DNA from: Balanoglossus misakiensis | Lineage: Eukaryota > Animalia > Hemichordata | NCBI GenBank assembly: GCA_040954595.2 | Contig: CM082583.2 | Location: forward strand, 12,500,987 to 12,564,986 | Reading direction: 5' to 3' | DNA: 64,000 nucleotides | Shown here: piece by piece, positions 41,201-53,880 of the stretch | Position numbering within the stretch: position 1 is the first letter of the stretch | How the letters are laid out: every line of letters begins with the position of its first letter | Position numbers and translations under genes: made by a program | Notes under the pieces: model-generated | Database searches by the model: none | Told to the model about the DNA's origin: nothing | The model's input: only the letters and a program-made list of their open reading frames with translations

Positions 41201-42686
41201 TAATGACAGGACTGAAACAACTCAGGCCTTTGTGGTCTCCATATTGTTTTTCTTTGACAAAATAGTTGTATTTGGCTCTGACTTCAAAGGCTGTTGCATT
41301 AGCTACCACTGCAATCAATCCAGCACTGAGAATGAAGAAGATGACATCAAGCATTTAAAGTTAGACAGTTATAATAGAGCTTCTTCCAGCAGGAAATATT
41401 GTACAATTTCTTTTGTCCAGGGTTTGTATTTTGGTCCTCATATGTGACCTAATCTCATATGAGTTGTGAATCATATCTGGTACATTAAGTTTACCAGCGC
41501 AGACAAAACTTTCCATGGATTGCCGTGTGCATCCCTTACAAATCACAAGACCACTGTCTGCCAGACTTCATTCATTCTTTCATCATCAGACTACCACATG
41601 ACTGACCAGTATTGTTGTTTGTCCATTCACAGACCCTCACATGATAGTACATCATGTGATGGCGATCTTTTGTGTGGATGACCGCCGGGGGATGACCCTC
41701 AAACAAAAGATGTTTTGAATAGAATATACACTTTCCCTGGATGCCTGCCGAAGGACGTCAACAATACATAATGTACTGTATTTTGCTGCGCATATCAAAC
41801 CTATACATTTTGCCATACATCGACAACTTTTAAAGTTGTAAAATTAAGTTAATGCATCATGTACACGTACAGTGCGCGTACTCACAGTCACATACATTCT
41901 GTTATAAATTTCGTATTTTTGTCACTGCATACGCAAGCTGCCCTGGTTTATTAACATTTGACATCACGACCAGGCTGTTCATCACAATCACATGATGTTT
42001 ACAGAATATTCCGCAATCTGTGACCTGCCACTGCGCAACAATGACAGCTGACGATCACGCGACAAAACAGTGGCAGCTAGATGCATGCTCATGGCCAGGC
42101 TCTCACGATCCCTCAACCGTGTATCCATACAGGAGATTTTGCTAACAGCAAATCCTTGAAATGTCCATGGTGCTGTTTAAAGCATTCCCGTGGAACGCAA
42201 ATGAAAGTAAACTTCTCCGGACGTGGTGGAAAAGTTGCCATGGTGATGGCGACACGACTTCATTGATGCGGCTCGCAAAGACACAAAGCGAACGACTGGA
42301 AAAGTGCAAAGTAGAAAGTGAGGAAAAGCTGTCAGTACCCATTTACCACAAATAAACACTTACTCAAACGCAGCCGCCATCCCAATTGACTGCGGGAAAG
42401 ATGTCGTAACTCCCGCGCGTGCATCACCATGGAGACACTCCGTGTTCCAAGAGTAAGGACCGATGCCCAGCCGCTCGATGGGCGGGGCTGGTCCGTTACC
42501 CTCCGTACCACCACGAGCCATTTGCAAGATGATTTCGTCCAATGTCAGTCGCTTGACCAGGTCGTCCACCCTTTCGTTCCATGGCAGGGATGTGTTGCGG
42601 AACGGAAAGTCAGCGCCGACACTCAAAACCCAACACAGACACGCGGAATAAGCTAGCAGAACACCTTTCTGCCACGAAAGCGCCAT
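38271..42686 (-). CDS. Secreted GH3 beta-xylosidase-like protein, copy B (inverted paralogue of copy A)
   Basis: ATG at 42686 (MALSWQKGVLLAYSACLCWVLSVGA|DFPFRNTSLPW); same exon structure as copy A; GYIISD nucleophile, ESEGNDR acid/base; stop at 38271-38273. Confidence 0.93.
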
Positions 42687-43218
42687 TTTGGAACCCCCAC
42701 TTCTTGACGGGTGGACTTTTATACTCAATCTAATGACTGTCATGTGCTCCTGACAGGTATGGGAGGTACAATAGCGCTATACAGAGGTTGATATATAGAG
42801 TTCAAATGGCCCTGAACTCGTTGGCCTGGCAACAGCTGCCACCATTCGCGGTCACTCAATACAATGCATATTCGCACCGCAACATTTGTGTCACGTGTCC
42901 TTCAGCTATTTCTGGGAATACTGGCAATGTTGGCTAATCTTTGATAATGGAAGCCTAAAAAAGTCGATGACTCTGCAGCTGTAAGGTCAAGTGGTTGGTT
43001 GGTTTGTTGAAAATCAACAACAGCATATTTCAGCGACCACCGTACTTTCCGTCATTTTGCGCACACATACACAGGCATAGGCCTACACACACTCCAGAGT
43101 ATATTTACCTGATTTTATTTTATTTTAAGACAAGTAATGAAAATGACACACGAAAGATAAAGTCATGAGTCGGTGAAACAATGCAACCAGCCTCTGTGTG
43201 TGCACATATGCAAAGCGC

Positions 43219-46200
43219 CTAGATTTTTGCATTGCCGGCTAGAATATCATCATATACGACTGTGTTCAAGGGCACAAACGTTTTGAGACCCACATCCATG
43301 AAGTACAGCGGGTCGTCTACCACGCGCGGGTCGAAACCATCTTTGACCAGGTGCGTCTTTGTATATTTGTAGGTGCCAGTGGTGGCCATTTCATGCTTTA
43401 TGCGGACGAACTTCGGACATGCGTACGAAGGCAGCGACGTTGTCAGATGAGTGTAGAACTTTTTGAAGTCAAAGTTGTCTTCGTCTTCCATCACAACCGC
43501 CACCATCCCTGCACGACCTTCTTGTCCTGTGGAAAGAAACTAGCAATTATAGTTTGTTCAGCCTGGTGAAATGACAAATTTCTAAGCTTGGATATGTTCA
43601 CGATACACCTACATGTCCATAACCTATACTTACCCGGCACTGAAACACCGTATACATTAGCTTCTTGTATTCCCTTAAAGGCAAACACCGCCTGAGATAC
43701 TTCCGTGGTCGCGACGTTTTCTCCCTTCCACCTTTAAAGACACGAAACAAGAGATTGGCACAGGTGATCACGTTGCCGGATTGGGGCAGTCAAAACGACC
43801 AAGAAGAATTTGTTAAGGGGGCAGCGCCAACAAACCTGAAAGTATCGCCTAGGCGGTCGATGAAGTACACGTAGTAATCTTCATCTAGGATAAAGATGTC
43901 ACCAGTGTTGAAGTACACGTCACCATCCTTGAAAACGTTCCTGACCCTCTTTTTCTCTGTCAATTCTTCGCGACCTTTGTAGCCCGAAAATTCCACACGC
44001 TTGTTGATCACGCCTAACAGAAGTCCGGGCTGGCCTATATTAATTAGTTAAAGGGATAACGAGAAACCGTAGTTACTAATATTTTTCCGGTAATTTTATT
44101 CTGCAAAGCGACTGCGGCTTCTAAAACACCCGACCCAGCATTCTCCTAGTTATTAAGTACATGTAATGTATTTAGAAATCAATACTTAAAGGCCTACCAA
44201 TTTTCACGGGAATACATCTTCCGTCGCTTCCCCTGACCGGTTCTGCTTTGTCGAAATCATACTTGACTAACTGAAATCCAATAAGTTTCTGAAAACAAGA
44301 ACACACCAAACCATATCACACCATACCCCATCTCGTCTCATTATAGTCGTAACATCTCGCCACAGAAACCCCCAACTGGGAAATTCAATGTTTTGATTCA
44401 CACAGGCCTCCTACCTTCAGCAACGGCGAAAATCTCCCACACGCGCCGACTTTGCCGTCCGGATTTACGCAGAGCAGTGTACCGTCAGTTGAACCATAAA
44501 ACTCGCCAAGGTGAGGAATCTTGAACCGTTTCACGAAGTCGGCCCAGATTTCCGGGCGAAGTCCACTACCAATGGCCATACGTACTTTATTGTCCGTTTC
44601 CCCTTCAACCTGTCGGGATTGTAAAACGTGAATGAACATAAAACGGGTCAGAAATCTGCGTAGATATCGCTACAATGCAGGTTCTGTGTCGGGTAAAAGT
44701 GAGAGATGACAAAGGTAAAGGGACGAAAAGCCCTAAAAAGTTCTCTTCGAATATATAAGTTTGACAGACCTTTGGCTGAGCCAGAAGATAACGACACATT
44801 TCACCAACATAGTAAATGACAGTGACGTTGTGTTCACGAACAGCCCGCCAGAAGCGCGTGGCCGAAAACTTGGGAGCAAGAACTGTAGTTGCACCTGTTG
44901 GGGAAAAACAGAACGAAATAGCCTCATTCACCCAAAGAAAACCAGTATGTAGTCACAAACATTATCATGGAACCCATCCCGACCCCCCATATAAATCGGA
45001 CGAATGCCTGTATGAATTTTGAATTTCTTCACATCGTTGGACTCATCACCATGCCACGATGACGTCAAAGGGCTCGAGGGTCTTACCTAGACAGAGACCG
45101 CCGCAGAGACCAACCTGGAATGCCGCAGAGTGATACAACGGCATGGTGATGTACAGCACATCGTTCTCGGTGAGTCGGTAGATATACTGAGCTATAAGAC
45201 CGCTACCAATCACTCGAAGATGCGATATCCTTGCGGGTTTGGGCAAACCTGTGGAGAAAGCGTATTCGACATGGTCGGAACTACTTCCTGACGGTAACGG
45301 TAACTTAAGTTCTCTTTTTTTACTGAAAAACAAGCGACTGAATGTTAATGCATTTTCATAGAAGATATCCACAAAACAGAATCCCCCCAGGGCAAAGAAA
45401 CTGACCAGCCCCTTAGCCAAGAAACGGTCTTTCCGTGGCCAAGCCTTTTAACACAAACGAATTTTTTTGACGTTTACCTGTTGTACCCGAAGTAAATATA
45501 TAGAGAGCGTCATCTTTTGGCTTGGACATCTTTCGTTTCTCTCTCGACACTGGGTCAGTGTTGGCGACACCAACATCTGAAGTGACGTCTGTGAATTTGC
45601 ATTGTTTGTCGGTACGCCGTCCATGCCTCCAGACTTGGATTCCATTGTCTTCAAGGTGGTTTGAAATTTCTTCAATTGCGTGAAGTAGATCGTCCCCTGC
45701 CAGGGTTAAAAAAAATCAACGCGATTTGTTCCCAGACTGTCTAGTACCTCCATGGTCTGGCTTACAGCAATGATTGCAAGCCCGTGTATTATCTTAATTC
45801 CCGACTTTATACTCGCTCTTAGCCAAGCATCCGCCACGTATGTTATAACATGTAATGGTGGATACTAGACTAACTCTTGGATCACTTACCTTCCCCTACG
45901 ACGATAACTCTGGCGTCGACAGCGGCCAGGCAGTGAATCAAGGACTTGCCGCGCAGGTTGTAATTCAGGAATGCACAGGTGACCCCCAACTTGGCCAAAC
46001 CTAGCCACGCGCAGACGAAAAACGGCTCGTTGTACATGAACAGGGCCACGGTGTCACCAAACCGCAGACCCTTTCCGTCGGCGTAGTTTGCGAACTGGTT
46101 GGAACGGACGTCTACTTCTTGATAGGTGTGGAGCTGACCTTCGAAAACCAGGCAAGGTTTGTCCGGATTCTGCTTTGCAGACTTGAGAAACACATCGACA

Positions 46201-46358
46201 AAGGTACCCGAATCCGACCATCGTCTGAGGCGTATGGCCAAGGCCAAATAGGCGCCCAGGGAACGGATGTCGAAAGTTAACCACGGGTAGCAGAAACGCA
46301 CGAGCGTCGCAACGACGACCAGAAGTGCGACGATCACATACCCGACGCCGACGTCCAT
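43219..46358 (-). CDS. Fatty acid transport protein / very-long-chain acyl-CoA synthetase (SLC27A2/A6-like)
   Basis: N-terminal TM helix; spliced AMP-binding motif [12 protein letters not shown]; YITMPLYHS; YVGEMCRYL; EFYGSTDG; FATP signature YFNTGD...[24 protein letters not shown]; YACPKFVRI...TGTYKYTK; about 9 exons. Confidence 0.93.
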
Positions 46359-46945
46359 GTTTTAGATGCAGGCTGGCCTAAATGTGACCGTGTCTGTTGT
46401 CGGGGATCTAATTACGCGTTCAGTACACGTGTATTCAGGATGGAAGGTCCTTAGTGGCTGTCCTTGAAAAAGGCCGGGGTGAGGGTGCAAAGATCAGATT
46501 ATGATTAGACGAAGCCCCAAAACGCCGTCCAACCTGACTGTGCGGCACCATAACCCGCTTTTTAACATGCTATTTTTGAAAACTTAACTAGAAAGTTAAA
46601 AATATCCTGCCCATCTGGGATCTTTGATGACCTGAGGGCACACGTTAAACTCGTTAGTTCTCTGAAGACTCACTTTTCTTGTCGCTGAAAGAAAATTTGT
46701 TCTGATTTTTTAATCAAACCGTAGTTATGTAACACTTTCTGTAAAAATATTCTTTCTGCTGCGTCGTTCACATTTGACCTCCCTTTTATGGAGGCATTGC
46801 AAGTCATCACCGCATTCATAAAGAAACACTCTCTGAATTAGTACTTATGTACATTCAATTTTTATTGACATCCGTTCATTGATAATTGATAAACTACAAG
46901 CCATGCAACTTTCTCAGACTGAGAACATTATGTATGGAACTCGTC

Positions 46946-49900
46946 TCAGCAGTTTTCAAACGGTCTGCCGACATTGCAGAAGCCATAGCCGACGTCATCC
47001 GTGTCAGTGAAACACCAAGGTTTATTATCCCCGTCGTCGTTTCGACAGTAGTTGTGATTGCTGTTACCTTCGAAACTCAATTCAAAGCCATAGCCTACTT
47101 CGGACCAGACCATGCACGTATCGCCATTCTCTGTGATGGAAACCACCCCGCGGTAGTCGCTACCGTCGCTCTTATGGTAACATTCGCTTGGCTTTGCTGT
47201 ATAAGACAAAATGAAAGCATTGGTGCGTACAGTAATCGTTCTACAAGTCATTCTATCAGCATTGTGACCTTAAGCAGTATGGATTAAATTTCAATCATAA
47301 GTAAACTGATATCCTAAGCTAATTGAATTAAATTTGGCAAAATTTGTTATCTCTCCATACTTACCCGGGGGTGCCGCAGTCACGGTTGGAAACGGGGTCA
47401 CTGGAGAGGTCACTGTGAGATAGAGGAATAAGTCGAAAAAGATAAGTCAAAATGGCAGCCTCCCTGTCAAAATGGGGAAATTCATACTCTTGTATCCTGA
47501 CTACTCAAACATGTATTTCTGTATTATAGATTTGAAAAAAATGATAGTGATTATATGTCCAGTATTTCAATATATGTCATTGTACGAGACGCGGTGTCAG
47601 GGGGACCCACACACACACACACCCACCTGCGCAGTTCTCTCCCGGGGCTCCGATGTCACAGTAGTCGAAATACACGCGCGGATTCGTGGTATGACACCAT
47701 GCAGTGTTATCGTTGTCCGGGTTGCGACAGTAGTTGTGGTCACCCAAGCCCACCTCGAGCAACGCCTCCATTCCGTACTCACTCTCTTTGTACATATGAC
47801 CTTGCGGCGATTGGGACGACCACTTCTGGCAGGTGTGGCCGTTAATGGTTGTGGACACCGTCCCCCGGTAATCCTCCGCTATCTTGTCTTCGTAGCATTC
47901 GCCGCTACCTGGCAACACTGTGAAAACACAAAACGCTCAAGCGTGTGATACATTAATTAAGAGTGAAACTAACCAAATATATACCCATGCTAAAGAGTGG
48001 GTAGTAAAAAGAGTTTCTTGCAAACTGTTACGTATTCACTTACGCTTGTCCTCCAATCCTGTCATACCTGAAAGAAATAATGATGACAATAGTTATGATG
48101 GTGGTCATAGTGTTGGTGGCGCAGCTGGTGGTGGTGATGATGATAAAAGAATGAACATCTGTCCAGACCCTTAAAACACAACGCTGCCGCATCGTATACA
48201 CAGTGTGCAGGTAGAAGTGGCGTCAGCGGAGCAACGGCCCACTTACCACAGTTGTAGAGTTTGTTGATTTTAAACAGATCCCACTTGCTGAAGTAGTCCC
48301 GATCAATAAGTCCAACACCAGCTTGCTTTGGCACTATTGTGTCTTCACCGTTCTCGCTGAACGCAGTTGAGAAATAATGCATCACGGATTTGTAGTCGTA
48401 TGGTGCCCCCAGGGGATCGATGTAAGCATGGTCGTATTTGTCGAAGTTATATTCACTCGCTGGATAAACGTAAAAGTTAAAACAGGGAATGTTGGTAAGC
48501 TTGTTATTGCCACCAAGAAGTCAAATGGGGGATCTCAGCTCTGATGCCAGACATAATTGTATTGAACATAACTATATGAACACATCACCATTTCACTAGT
48601 AATACGGTGTTGATGCCCGTGCTTACCGTCGTCAATATTCTCCCACTTGATTGTCACATACTTGTCTCGGTCAGTTCGACTCTGTTCATGTTCGAATCCC
48701 AGAGCGTGCATGATTTCGTGGATGACCGTCCCCAATGTTTCACAGCCGTCGCCGATGGAAAGTTCCTGCTCACCGCCAGTGCGACCAACATGCGACCAAC
48801 ATCTGAAGAAGAAATATTCGAGAAGAAAAGTGATCATGTGATGATTGTTTTCCTGAAGTTCTTTCGTTCACTGCTTTCCATTTTGTAGGAAGTTCAAATC
48901 CCAGCCCTCTTTCATGTTCTCAGTCTTTCCTCATGCATAATCTCTCGGGTGCGTTTCCGTCGTTTTATTTGCCTGAAATTCCCATCCCGCCCCTCTCTGT
49001 TGCAACATCTCGCTGGCAGTGTAATATCACTTGCAATGATTGTCGCGCACAGCCATTGAGCCATAGGCCTATATGCGTTACCCAGAATCGTTCTTGAATA
49101 TGACGTAGTCCTCTTCCGTGGTATGCTCCACAAATTTGATGCAGGTGCGCTCGTGGTAATGTCCGAATGTATCTTTGATAACTTCTAGTTTCTCGCCACC
49201 TGTTATTGCAGCAACGGGTATACAAGAAAAAACAGTTAGTCTCCGACGGAATTAGTATATGGCTCAATATATTTGGTGGTGTTACTGTATCCAAGATTCT
49301 TTATCATCCGACTTTCGGACGAACAGAAATACATGCAAGTATGGAATTCTAATGATAAATTATATTGACTGCAATAACGAGCATGCACTTCGACATTTTC
49401 AACAACGTTCTATTTGTGCGACTTCAAGCTGTGCCATTATCATCACCTCAAATACACACCATGCACCACCACCACAACCACCACGGTAACGGATTTCCCT
49501 TACTGATTGCATCATCAATCTTATAGGGTACCACACCATTTTGCCAAAGTCTTTTGGGTTCCCGGATGGCATTGTAAGCAGCCTCGAGATAGCAAAAACG
49601 AACATGTCACAATAAAACAGTATGTAAACAGTCTCGAATTTGCACTTTGCCACAAAAATACGTGATGATTGCGTTAGACTTCAGTTATCAAAATACATAA
49701 CAAAGGTCTATCCGTACGTGAAATAATGAATTTTAGACCTTCAACAGAATAACTCAGAAGTCATGCCACGTATGTCGAAAATAGTGTGCAGGTCTGCCCC
49801 GCCCGTGGCTGCGTCATCATCATGGGAGTTAACTATTGGTTTTAAGTGCGTGTTGGGCGGGATTCAAAATTCAAGAGAATTGGAATAATGGAGAACAGAC

Positions 49901-50758
49901 TGAAACATCTAAATGTTCAACTTACGTTTGGTCCCATGTATATATCTCCTTCAAGGAATATACGTTTTGTGTCTGTGACAAAAATAAACAACAACCACAA
50001 GAGTCAATGGTTTCTACATGACTTGGCAAAAAACCCTGTCAGATCATAGTCAGTCGTAAATTTCTGTGAATGTCTGGGGCGGCATTGGTATTTTTAATTT
50101 GCGTTTTTAACAAATGACGTGGAACTTGGAGATAGGGAAAATTAATATTCCCACTTCTAAAATTAGGAGAGTTACCTCCTTGTGAACAATACATCGAAAA
50201 CGATTGTTTATTTCAATGATGGAAGAAGTCCCACCCCCCGGCCTTATCCTACCCGAAAAAAATGATTCCCGTCGATCTGATGTTACTAGCCACAATGATT
50301 GACTCTTTAATAATTTAAATTTAACTTACCTTTAAGTGTTTGAGCATTTTCGGTGAGGATATTTTCCATAGCTGATCGTGAATATCTCCCTTTTAAAACT
50401 GCAATCAAGAAAATGGAAATGAATTTCCCCACCAGGATCGACAAACATACACATGAAAAATCAACCAATTCCTTTTGTTTAAAAGCCGTCCAGCAGTTTA
50501 AATAAACGATGAAATAAATGATATAGTGAACTTATAAAACCCACCTGGTAGCCTACCATCGGTACTTCCTTGCTGAGTGAAAATAAAGAGGCATTTGTAA
50601 GACTTGATTATTGACAAAAATGGAGAAAATGGTGAAAAAAACGTATTAAGGAGTGGTTGCAAATATTCATTGAACAAGAGGATTCTCACCGGAAAAGTAC
50701 AGGAGAAGTCAACTAGAACCGCCGTGATAACGGCAAGCAATACGCACAAATATCCCAT
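46946..50758 (-). CDS. Astacin (M12A) zinc metalloprotease with two C-terminal kringle domains, copy A
   Basis: Signal peptide, prodomain FLEGDI, mature-start-like NAIR...[45 protein letters not shown], Met-turn [16 protein letters not shown], kringle 1 (DYRG...NYCRNPD...WC), P/T linker exon, kringle 2, stop at 46946. Confidence 0.9.
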
Positions 50759-51590
50759 CTTTTAGACTGCCCGGACCTGTCGTTGTGCATCAGAAGAATT
50801 GGTTGAAACTATGCTGCCAATTGTACGTACATATATACCATTATCCAGGTCAGCTCTTGAGGGCAATCTTCGGGGAAGGGGGAGGGGGAAACTGATCTCA
50901 TACTCGATCACTCTGGTAATGTGCCAATTTCCGAGTGGGAATATTACCTTGACATGCATCACAATCTATGACCCTCCTCCGGAGATTACATTTGGTATAA
51001 TCTTCTTTTTAGAAAACGTCCCATGCACTAATCGATGGTCCATCATATGATCCTAACATCGTCGGGGGAACAAAATTATTTCTTTACATACAGCGAAAGG
51101 ATAAATACATTACAGATTTTTTAAAGTCATGAAACATCATTATTTTGTACACTGAGAGACTTTATGCAGGTATTCCATGTATTCTTGATATCCCAAAAAA
51201 TGTCAACTTGAAAGAGAGAGACTTTGCTTGACGTATATTCAAACGGATTATCACAATCGCGTATGACGAAACTAGGTTGGTTCCAATGTGTTACTAGAAA
51301 TCCAATTTTACAACTTCCGTAACTGTTATTATGTATAAAATGGAACTTGATATGCAAAGTAATTTCTACATTTTGTAGTTTATTCTCAAATAGTTTTGAT
51401 TACTGCCATCTACTGCAATTTAACGATCGTATTACTTATGGAATATTGAACGTTCGATGGACGGGAAATTATTTTGAAAGAAATTTAACATCGTTTATTA
51501 TTGACTGTATATTAGGCTACCATGAAATCATCAAACAGTGATATTTTGCACTGGTATATTTAGTTACCCCCTCCCCCTAATTTGCAAAAA

Positions 51591-51690
51591 TGCAGTCAAC
51601 ATATAACAAGGGGTCTTTAATATTAACTATTTCACCACCATGATTTGTCTTTAATCTAATGTATCTATTGTTTTATATGGCAAAGTTGGA
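51591..51690 (+). repeat. Dispersed ~100-bp repeat, copy 1 (direct repeat of 56598-56691)
   Basis: tgca-tcaacatata--aaggggtctttaatattaact--ttcaccaccatgatttgtctttaat...attgtttta-atggcaaagttgga is shared by both copies. Confidence 0.85.
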
Positions 51691-51806
51691 AAATGACGAT
51701 TTTAATTATTTTATGATTGTCTGTTTACTTTTTATCTTTTTGTGTACAGCGCTTTAAGATGTATTTATATGGAAAGCGATTTTTTAAGAAATAAATAATA
51801 TTATTT
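51691..51806 (+). mobile_element. Possible 3' end remnant of an L2/CR1-type LINE or a derived SINE
   Basis: TGTACAGCGCTTTAAG...GGAAAGCGAT...AAATAAATAATATTATT resembles the L2-clade 3' stem-loop (tgtaaagcgctttgag...aaagcgctatataaat) with an AT-repeat tail. Confidence 0.45.
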
Positions 51807-51999
51807 ATCACGGCTGAACAGGCTCGTTATAGGACGTATGGTTAGCTGGAAAAGCGTATGATGTCTGTTAGGTCATGGCTTTTCCCCTTTTTGTTTCAGA
51901 CTTTTGTCAGTTCAATTGTCAACTTTCCATGCAGTTCTGTATATATTGTCACGGAAATACTAGGTCAATGTCCAACACAACACTATGGAAATCCAATTT

Positions 52000-52058
52000 T
52001 CCCCTGTTTCTCAGACCGAGAAATCCTAATCCCCTGTTTCTCAGACCGAGCAATCCTA
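52000..52058. repeat. Short two-copy tandem duplication (~30-bp unit)
   Basis: tcccctgtttctcagaccgag-aatccta occurs twice. Confidence 0.8.
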
Positions 52059-52473
52059 TAGCAAGAGAAACTGTCAATTTTCCATGATTGGGGCGGAGCT
52101 TGTATCACATGGGCTAATCTTGGTTACCCAGACTCCTCTGCTTCTTCCATTTAAGTACATGTACTGATAGGAAGTAATCCGCGAACGAGGCTGGAAGGCG
52201 TGGCTTCTTGGTATTCAAACTCAGATAAAGATAGCTCCTCGTGAGGAAGACATGTCGTGTAAAAACTTCGCCGACTTTAGTCTGTGTTTTCAATTATTTA
52301 TAGTGAAGGGCAGTTTTGGTTTGATAGTTGTGGCCGTGTGTAAATTCGCCTCATCGACGGTAGCAACACCATCGTCCGCTAGCACGTGTTCGTTCGTAAC
52401 ATTCTCCTATTTTTCGGAGAGCAAGACCTTGGCGGGGGGGGGGGGGGGGGGGGGGGAATCTCAGATTTAGCAA

Positions 52474-53312
52474 AACTCGGCGTTTTCTACTGGGACGTTA
52501 CTCTGGGCACCGTACTCCTCACGGGATCTGTTCACTCAGATCAGTACACGTCCTAGTTGTTAATGCCGCATCAGTTTCAAGGGGTGACCATTTTAGACAA
52601 GACAGGTTATTGTCACATAGTACACGGCATGGCATTTTATTGAGGGTGGGCATGAATTGTGTTGGGGGAGATATCAGATTCACCAATTTAAACTCGGCGT
52701 TTTCTACTGGGACGTTGTACTCTGGGCACCGTACTCCTCACGGGATCTGTTCACTCAGATCAGTACACGTCCTAGTTGTTAATGCCGCATCAGTTTCAAG
52801 GGGTGACCATTTTAGACAAGACAGGTTATTGTCACATAGTACACGGCATGGCATTTTATTGAGGGTGGGCATGAATTGTGTTGGGGGAGATATCAGATTC
52901 ACCAATTTAAACTCGGCGTTTTCTACTGGGACGTTGTACTCTGGGCACCGTACTCCTCACGGGATCTGTTCACTCAGATCAGTACACGTCCTAGTTGTTA
53001 ATGCCGCATCAGTTTCAAGGGGTGACCATTTTAGACAAGACAGGTTATTGTCACATAGTACACGGCATGGCATTTTATTGAGGGTGGGCATGAATTGTGT
53101 TGGGGGAGATATCAGATTCACCAATTTAAACTCGGCGTTTTCTACTGGGACGTTGTACTCTGGGCACCGTACTCCTCACGGGATCTGTTCACTCAGATCA
53201 GTACACGTCCTAGTTGTTAATGCCGCATCAGTTTCAAGGGATGACCATTTTAGACAAGACAGGTTATTGTTACATAGTACACGGCATGGCATTTTATTGA
53301 GGGTGGGCATGA
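52474..53312. repeat. 219-bp tandem repeat, ~3.8 near-identical copies
   Basis: Unit start AACTCGGCGTTTTCTACTGGG at 52474, 52691, 52910 and 53129. Confidence 0.97.
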
Positions 53313-53880
53313 CGAACTAGGTGAAGGCATGACATTTTATTGTATTATAGTCAAAACTAGGGAAGGGCTGGACATTTTATTTTGTCAGTCACAATACATA
53401 TCTTGGGGGGGGGGCATGACATATTTGTTATTCAATGTACAAAACTAGCTGAAGGCATGACATTTTATTGTATATCATAGTCAAAACTAGAGAAGGGCTT
53501 GACATTTTATTGTCAGTCATAATACACATCTTGGGGGGATGACATTTGTTAGTCAAAGTACAAAACTAGCTGAAGGCATGACATTTTTTGTTTATCATTG
53601 TCAAAACTAGAGAAGGGCTTGACATTTTGTCAGTCATAATACACATCTTTGGGGGGGGGTGACATATATTAGTCAAAGTACAAAACTAGCTGAAGGCATG
53701 ACATTTTTTGTTTATCATTGTCAAAACTAGAGAAGGGCTTGACATTTTGTCAGTCATAATACACATCTTTGGGGGGGTGACATATATTAGTCAAAGTACA
53801 AAACTAGCTGAAGGCATGACATTTTTTGTTTATCATAGTCAAAACTAGAGAAGGGCTTGACATTTTATTGTCAGTCATAA
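53313..53880. repeat. ~120-bp higher-order satellite (three ~40-bp TGACAT monomers), left part
   Basis: Recurring caaaactagctgaaggcatgacat / caaaactagagaagggcttgacat / atacacatcttg(G)n-tgacat. Confidence 0.93.

Noticed and set aside
41533-41543. CCCTTACAAAT resembling the EnSpm-like TIR, in the enlarged intron 1 of GH3-B
   Set aside because: No matching opposite end or subterminal repeats. The intron may contain an insertion, but its boundaries cannot be defined.
32968-42686. Recent horizontal transfer or contamination as the origin of the GH3 xylosidases
   Set aside because: The genes have about 9 spliceosomal introns each and sit among animal genes; GH3 xylosidase-like genes are known in invertebrates.
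52610-53320. 236-aa ORF of three 73-aa repeats
   Set aside because: By-product of a 219-bp unit (a multiple of 3); non-ATG start, no splice context, no recognisable domain.
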